DNA of 64,000 bases from Flectonema sp. DT1601 (Eukaryota). Shown piece by piece: positions 57,249 to 64,000 of this stretch (the stretch's first letter is position 1; each line of letters starts with the position of its first letter). The position numbers were made by a program, and so were the translations under genes. Location of the stretch: NCBI GenBank assembly GCA_964019425.1, contig OZ025805.1, positions 1,054,001 through 1,118,000 of the forward strand, given 5' to 3'. The notes below the pieces were generated by a model, which was not told where the DNA came from, made no database searches, and saw only the letters and a list, made by a program, of their open reading frames with translations.

Positions 57249-59013
57249 GAGGATGTGCAGAAACCCCCCCCCCAATTTTTACCAGGCTATCCCGTGGGCA
57301 CCTAACACCCAATCCGAGCCCACCACCCCACGAAAATAGTATCCAAAAAACTCAAATCCGGTACTGGGGCACCCTTTTACTGTCCACCAGTTTAAAAATT
57401 TCACTTTTTTGACTGTTTCTAGTAACATTTGCCTTGTAAGCTGTGTAGCACTGGTAGAAATTATGTTTGAAATTTTGCTTTTCTTGAAGGCCCAGATTTC
57501 CTGCGATTTAGATTCGAGTGTCAGCACAGATGTGATATTGCCAAAGTGTTGATCACATTCGGACTTGCCATGCCGACTAGGGAAAAAGTTAACCCAAGCT
57601 GATTAACCTATTTTACAGAACAGGCTGATGACGGTTGTGTTCTCAAGGTGCCTACCAGCATCAGCCCAATGGTGAATCATCTTATCATTCTCAGACATCA
57701 AGAAGAACTTATTCATAACCGGATACGTTACTATCGCATTCTGGTTGATGTGGGAGTAGGAAGTTGTTATGGCCACACTGAACCTCAGTTCCAAACTGCT
57801 CATGTAGTACACATCCAAGCAGACTATTTCCCCTGTTGATAGAAAGGGGAATTTGTCCCTTCTGTCATTAGAAGCCCTTTTCTTTATAATCCAGAGTCAT
57901 GATATAGTCACCAGGATGGATTAGATGTATCTTCTCAATACACCTGACATGTCTCTTATCTCCAATGTGAGAATCTATTTCAATAATTCCTCTCATTGTT
58001 GTTCGCTTCTCAGCTTCGGACTTTATGAGCGCCAGAAGGAAGTTACGATGATGTTGAAGGCCCCAGAGATCCACCCATTACGTCTGTCAACATCACAGAT
58101 ACATGTGGCGAATACTGAAGATGCCGGGCAGGCAAGCTTCTTTCATGGATTCTTGTCGATGAGACGGTAGTTGCACACATTCGTACAGCGTCGTAACTGC
58201 TGAAACTCAACTCCAGGTAGAGAACAGTACTGTGTGTATGAGATAGTGTCTTTTAGGGGAGTTATTATCGACTAGTTGATACGAGGTCATCATGTTTTCA
58301 ACAGTAACAGTAACTGCCTCTCTCCTTTTTTTGATACTTGGAGGAGTTTTATATTATGGTACCACTAGTGGTTACCAGTTCTTATTGAACCTGATTTTTC
58401 ATGTCAGGTGTTACAACTGACAGGCAACCACTGACTCCACCTTCTTGTCCCTATTCTTCCACAATTCCTTTCCTACTACTATCCCAGTCTTATTCACTTC
58501 TGCTATCCTCAGCCACTGGAACATAGAGCTTGTAGCAGCGTCCTCAAGCGGCTATAGATTCTAGAAAAACTCCAGTAATCCTGAGGGTGTACTTATTGTG
58601 AACAGCATGCTCACATTGCTCAATCATCACTGCCAGCAAGGGTGACTCAGAATCACCACCCGATATCGTACTCTGCAGTTCTCACGGGATCTATGATTCT
58701 CCTGTCTCATCACTTCTCCTGTTCCTATCATTCCAGTCTTCATAGGAACCCAGGGTGTAAACAAATTTCTGCAATGTAGCTGCTAAGCTGGTTTTTGAGT
58801 ATTTTGAGGGCAACTAACAGAGACACAAGGCAAAAGTACCAGAAACAGTCAAAAAATATAGAATTTTGAAACTGGTGAGCAGTTAGAGGATGCCCCAGTA
58901 CCGGATTTGAGTTTTTTGGATAGTATTTTTGTGGGGTGGTGAGCTCGGATTGGGTATTAGGTGCCCACAGAATAGCCTGGTAAAAATTGGGGGGGGGGTT
59001 TCTGCACCGCCTC
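57249..59013 (-). mobile_element. Degenerate cut-and-paste DNA transposon, Sola-like, with ~189-bp imperfect TIRs
   Basis: 57249-57437 is the imperfect reverse complement of 58825-59013. Termini are GAG...CTC and the flanks are ATAT / CTAT (3 of 4 match, possible 4-bp TSD). Minus-strand transposase remnants: 'YIMTLDYKE', 'IHHWADAGRHL', 'NFFPSRHGKSECDQHFG' (57540-57590). Confidence 0.8.
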
Positions 59014-59093
59014 CTATTATTAATAAAAAAAAGGAAGTAATATTTTTTTAATCAGCATCTTCGGCTGAGTACTCCCATCTTTTTTTTCGCCAA

Positions 59094-59131
<38 letters not shown>

Positions 59132-59866
59132 GATTTTAGTAAACAGAGAGTAAAAAGATGTAACTCTTTCCTTTTCAATGCTGAAAATAGCAGGCCGGCA
59201 TCTTCTTGCTGAGTTAGGTTGGCATCTGTGATCAAACATCGTTTCTAAATTTTCTGTTTTTTCACTCTCATGGAATGAGCATTTTGATGGTACGTTTACC
59301 TCGCAATCGGTTTGCGGAGTGTGAGTGTTGAGTGAGTTCACAGAACGACAATAAAAAGAAATTTTGTCTTAAAATAATTCTAAGACATGCACGCGCCATG
59401 TAGCATTGCTTAAGGGCTTGCTTCTTTAAGATGAGCGAAAAAAAAAAAAAAAAATAGAAAAAAAGAATAAAAAACGGGACAAGAGAAAAATAAACAACAG
59501 AAAAAAGAAAGCAAGGCAGATCACATACCGAAGTTTATTATTTTTTTTATATTTCCATTACAATTGACATTTGCTGTCTTTTATTTAATCTCACGCCGAA
59601 ATCTACTGAAGGAAAGCGTCAAGGCTCCTCGAGGTGATTACTTGTCTCTATTTTTCTTAGGGCAATTTTTTATTTGAAAAAAGTTTCAAAAAAAAAATAG
59701 TATCCTTACTGTGTTTTTTACATTTTACAGGTTGGTTTTTTAAATTAAAAAATAATGCAAACGATTATTGTTTATTTGGTTCAAACAATCACAAAGTGTC
59801 ACACACTCGTAGTTCACTGTATCCTTAGCAGATGTTAATTTATTCATCTCTCAGTACTTTTAAAAT

Positions 59867-60391
59867 ATGAATGATAAAGAGTTGACAGCTTTGGGAAAAG
59901 AAATTCATCAAAACAGTGAAATAGATGAAATCGACGACGGTGTTTACGTTGGTACAGTAAGGTCAGCGTTACCAACACAACTAAAGAAATGTGGAATAAC
60001 GAGAGTAGTTAATTGTTTTGATGGCCTCAACAGATACAAAAGACACCAATCAATAGAAGTTTTAAACTTCTCAATTTCTAATGCATTGGAGAACTCTGGA
60101 GGATCAAATGCTAATAGTGAGTCGGTGTTGAGGGCATTCAAACCTTTTATAGAATTCGTTTCAAGATCGAGACTAGAAGGTCATCAAGTCCTAATTCATT
60201 GTTATTCAGGTTCACACAGGGCTGGAGCAGCAATACTTGCTTGGATTCTTTATAAGAATCAAACCAGTCTGTCAGAGACTCTAACATATGTACAAAGTAA
60301 AAGATCTGGAATCGAACTTGTTGGTAACTTCGAAAGGTTATTGATTGCATTTGAGGAAGGAGTTCGTAACGTAGAATCCACTACAGCTTAA
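59867..60391 (+). CDS. Dual-specificity protein phosphatase (174 aa)
   Basis: 'IDDGVYVG', 'GITRVVNC', catalytic loop VLIHCYSGSHRAG (HCx5R), 'AWIL..SL.E...YVQSKR'. Confidence 0.9.
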   Translation: MNDKELTALGKEIHQNSEIDEIDDGVYVGTVRSALPTQLKKCGITRVVNCFDGLNRYKRHQSIEVLNFSISNALENSGGSNANSESVLRAFKPFIEFVSRSRLEGHQVLIHCYSGSHRAGAAILAWILYKNQTSLSETLTYVQSKRSGIELVGNFERLLIAFEEGVRNVESTTA

Positions 60392-60531
60392 CTCTTTTTT
60401 CCCCCCCGTTCTTCATTTTTTAATGCGTGTGGCTTCTTTTTTGCCATCTGATGGTTCAAATAACATTGTCGGACTCTTCCCATCAAATGTGTGTTTTTAG
60501 TTTTGTTTTTGCTTATTACTTGCGAGATAAA

Positions 60532-60562
<31 letters not shown>

Positions 60563-61054
60563 GTAGTTCTTTTTTTTTTACCTCTCGAGAGGTAAGTCTG
60601 TCTTCGGGTGTCTGTCAAACCTTTCCTGTTGGTCTTCTGCTAGTAATAACCAACCTACAGTCTACTCTTAGGCTCTTCTTTGTAGGTCAAGCAACCCGTC
60701 CCAACAGTACTCGTTCTGTTGGTATCTTACGTTTAGAGAATTGTGTTACGTAGTAAAAGAGTAAATCAGGTGGTTTTTTTTTTTTCGGTCCGAAGAAAAA
60801 AATCTTTTTTAAATTTTAGCCTGAAACCCAACCATTGTTTCCTTACGATTTATTGATTGCCATTTATAGAAGTTGTACTTTTAGGGAATTTATTTATTTT
60901 TGGTTGAGTTTACCGAATCGAATTTTCTGTGCTATCGTCTTGCCTCTGTTTTTCTTTTCAATGACTGTATCCTTGATAGATGGTTCTATTATAATTATCG
61001 TCATGATGATACGGTACTATTTTATTTTATGATATCAAGCAATCATACAACCCT

Positions 61055-61654
61055 TAGTCACTGTATTTAAAACTAATGTTAAATTATCTTTATGTTTTTA
61101 TGATACAACACAGTTGTAATTTTTACAAAATCGAACATACATCCCCCCGCGAGTTTTGACTGTCATACTTCTACACCACACTGATGATGAGAGAATAAAT
61201 AATTACTCTCGAAACCTAAATAGTTACTTTTAAAAGGCTAAGTTAAGGTCATCATCATAGTTCACTGTGTCCTTAAACGAGATTGTTAAATTATCGTTTT
61301 TATGTTAAATGCGATGCAAAAAATAGTTGTATTTTACAAATTCAAGCAATCATGCCCTCTCCGCGAGTCTTTCCCAGGTCTCAATAGCTGACTGACTTCT
61401 GATGATGCTTATGTGAACAGTTAGTAGTTTTTGATTAGTAGCTTTTTTATTTTAAAATTGAATCTTAATCTTCTATCATCTTTTTTCAGTTTTTAACTTT
61501 ATATACTTATTTTTAGTATTGTAAAGTTTATTATTATTTCTTCATTGTCAAAACTGTCACTCCCCCCTTTTTATCTAATGTTAAAATTATAGTTATATTG
61601 TTTATGATGCAATACATTTGTATTTTACGTACAAACTCGAACAGTTAATCCCCC
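61055..61654. repeat. Cluster of 3 diverged copies of the AT-rich repeat also present at ~41.0-41.2 kb (copies ~61055-61150, 61202-61370, 61576-61654)
   Basis: Shared core TGTTAAA(A)TTAT...ATGAT(A/G)CAA...TTGTA(A)TTTT(T)AC...AA(A)TCGAACA...CCCC. Confidence 0.75.
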
Positions 61655-61695
61655 TTTTTCATTGAAATATCGTGTCAGAGGGTTATACTTATTTT

Positions 61696-61728
<33 letters not shown>

Positions 61729-62595
61729 CCCCCATCTTTTTTTTGCGACAACATGTTTTGAGAAAAAAAGCGATGCGTCACTCCCACGGAACCCTTCCTG
61801 GTTGAGTTTCAACAGCTATTTGATTTACCATGAGTGTAAGTATGTTTTTTGTAATTCTTATGATCTTTTTTTTTTTTTTTTTTTTTTTTCCCGGGTGTTG
61901 ACCAACGTTTTATTAATGTTTTTTTATTTATTTTATTTATTTATTAAAAAAAACAAGATTAAGAGTCACATGTCAGTGATTGATCACTATGATTGTGACG
62001 TTCAAATAGAATTCAGTAGTCGTCTGTGTTGGTGGTGAAGGAGGCGCTGAACTTTGAAACTGAAAGGCACTAAGCAACTCTTTCCTGTTTCAGGTTCTTT
62101 TATTTATATTTATTTGGTGACTCTCCTCCTCGTGTTTTCTTTCAAGTGATTCTAATCAACGCGTTAAATAATAACTTGGTGAATTCTGCTCACTTACTGC
62201 TGTATTTATTTTCATTTTAATATGTTGAAGTGCTTGTCATATTTTCTAACTCACAAAGAACTTCGAGTCCCAAAAACTGTTTTTAGAGCAAAAAAATAAT
62301 TGTTGCCGACCCGAGCTCACTTCTGCGACAGACTTTAAGTTCTCTCCTGTTTGAATACCACAATAGAACTCTTTTTGTTTGTTGCACGAAACTGTAGTTA
62401 GATTGCCCTCTATGGCTGGGTCAGTTTTGGATTCTTTAAAATTGAAAATACCTTTAAAATGATTAAAACTCATGTGTTTTTGGGTTGGTTTTCCTTGACA
62501 AGGTAGCAATTTTACGTTCAATAAATAATTTGTATTACTAATCGCTCAACAGGCGATACCAAAATGAATGGTTACCTGAGTTAGTAAATTAAGAG

Positions 62596-64000
62596 ATGCA
62601 GGAATGGAAGCAGGTTTTCGGTTTTCTGAGAAATGTAAAAACTGGTTCTAATGTAGTAAACAAAAGTTGGACACCCGACAGACTGTTAGTGGCATCGATG
62701 ACACTTAAAAGTAGATGTGAAGGCTTGCAAACCAATACTCACTCATCAAAACCAAAAGAATTAGTGAAAATATACGATGATTGTGAAAAAATATATTTAA
62801 TACTTCAAGGTAGGCACATTCCGTTGAGACATTCGGTGAGGAGGAAATGTATTCGACAGCAGAGTAATCGAAACAAGCAACTCATCAACATTGATTCGTT
62901 AGCTTTAGGGAATGAGATGTATACATTGCTACCTGCATTTGAGATGGCGTGTATGGCTAATCGAAAGTACGGTACTCGCTCTCCAATATTATATCAAAAT
63001 AATGGACTCGCCATGCTCTTACAAGTTGTATTATATTATTGGACAGTTATACCAAAACATCATAATTTATATAACGCCATAACAAACTTGTTGTTGTATG
63101 CAACGGCGAGATCGTCGGCAAACAAGCGACCCGACATGGAGATTGCTTTTCAACATAGCAGTGTGATTCTTGAACCTAGCAGGGAAGTTATTGTTTGTTA
63201 CGCTCTCTCAGTGTGTATGGCATTGTCTCATGAGTTTAGACCTGATACGAAGAATATTTATAAAAATAGAATTTCAGAATTGATAAAAAATGTTTTAAAA
63301 ATTGAAATTAACGTCTCAAAGCAAATAAACTCAAACCCGGTAACTCGATTCCTTTTCTCTGCTGCATTCCGACTAGTGGGAATGAGTGACTTACCATCAA
63401 GTGAAACTAAACTGATAATGAGCGTAGGTGATAACCAAGAATTACGATTTGTTGTTTGTGATCAAAAAACTGAATTTCAAAATGTCACTCTTCTATTACA
63501 CTTTGTTAAAACAATAATTCAAAGTTGCCCGAGTAAATTAACAACCTTAGGACCTGTATTCAGCTATGCAATAGACCTTCTACAGCAACCATTGGATTCA
63601 AACTTAAGATCAGTCACTACCCCCCTCCTGTTGGCATTATTAGGAGCGGTAAAGATAAATACAATAAAAAAGATATCCGTGTTCTGTGATTTCTTTGAAA
63701 GAAGTTTCACAATCATTCACAAAGACACTCTATGGGCTATGAGATACATGTTTCTTAACTACAGTTCCATAGCTGTTCCTGTAAAGAGTAAAACATCTAT
63801 TCTAAAAGGTTGCATTAGGATTTTACATTCATACGATCGCAGTATGAATAAAGGAAATATTTCAGGTGAAAACGAGGCTGCTAAATGTTCTGATTTGTCT
63901 TTATTACTACAGATCTTCTTACAGTTGGTGTGTTACGCTCCTATAACACCAGACTTATCGAGTGCTGATACTGGTATGCTTCGGTCGTTTATCAAGAAGT
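62596..64000 (+). CDS. 3'-truncated hypothetical helical protein (>468 aa), absent from the supplied ORF track
   Basis: Manual translation from ATG 62596 (MQEWKQVFGFLRNVK...) is stop-free to the window end. In-frame TAA immediately upstream; candidate acceptor CAACAG at ~62551. Confidence 0.75.
   Translation, partial: MQEWKQVFGFLRNVKTGSNVVNKSWTPDRLLVASMTLKSRCEGLQTNTHSSKPKELVKIYDDCEKIYLILQGRHIPLRHSVRRKCIRQQSNRNKQLINIDSLALGNEMYTLLPAFEMACMANRKYGTRSPILYQNNGLAMLLQVVLYYWTVIPKHHNLYNAITNLLLYATARSSANKRPDMEIAFQHSSVILEPSREVIVCYALSVCMALSHEFRPDTKNIYKNRISELIKNVLKIEINVSKQINSNPVTRFLFSAAFRLVGMSDLPSSETKLIMSVGDNQELRFVVCDQKTEFQNVTLLLHFVKTIIQSCPSKLTTLGPVFSYAIDLLQQPLDSNLRSVTTPLLLALLGAVKINTIKKISVFCDFFERSFTIIHKDTLWAMRYMFLNYSSIAVPVKSKTSILKGCIRILHSYDRSMNKGNISGENEAAKCSDLSLLLQIFLQLVCYAPITPDLSSADTGMLRSFIKK

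Noticed and set aside
57247..59015. Tc1/mariner assignment with a TA target duplication
   Set aside because: TA lies near both ends, but the TIR match is best from GAG/CTC, and the HGKxxCD motif is unlike the mariner/Tc1 SPDLxPxD/E motif.
61181..61230. Hammerhead ribozyme-like string CTGATGATGAGAG-loop-CTCTCGAAAC
   Set aside because: A stem II and GAAA are present, but the core has an extra TGA, no stem I can be formed, stem III is mismatched, and the sister copy at 41013 lacks CTGATGA.
1..64000. tRNA, rRNA or spliced-leader RNA genes
   Set aside because: None recognised by eye; tRNAscan-SE and Infernal would be needed to exclude them.

Overview
Eukaryotic, AT-rich nuclear DNA with about 19 protein genes, all on the + strand. 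It has short GT-AG introns and AG acceptor-like sites just upstream of many start codons. This layout suggests a polycistronic, trans-splicing euglenozoan, probably diplonemid-like (inference). Contents in order: a multi-exon adhesin/cadherin-like repeat protein; a stand-alone protein with two dynein microtubule-binding-domain-like units; a 4186-aa SPRY/LamG/HECT E3 ligase; three DOMON genes; a 300-bp tandem duplication; a decayed LINE reverse transcriptase; helical-repeat, TH1/PH-like, NUDT6-like and TCAIM-like genes; a recent tandem duplication of a secreted GH117/GH43-like glycosidase; SnoaL, GAF, RCC1-repeat and KH/WW/polyQ genes; a decayed Sola-like DNA transposon with ~189-bp TIRs; a dual-specificity phosphatase; and an ORF running off the 3' end. 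The best candidate for an undescribed system is the DOMON cluster: a putatively GPI-anchored 2xDOMON protein, a 3xDOMON+cytochrome b561 and a 6xDOMON+cytochrome b561. All 11 DOMON domains keep candidate Met/His heme ligands, suggesting a multiheme cell-surface electron-transfer array. Also notable is the intron architecture: U/GU-rich 5' ends and A/CA-rich 3' ends with no polypyrimidine tract, often mutually complementary. All domain calls are from motif recognition by eye, not database searches.
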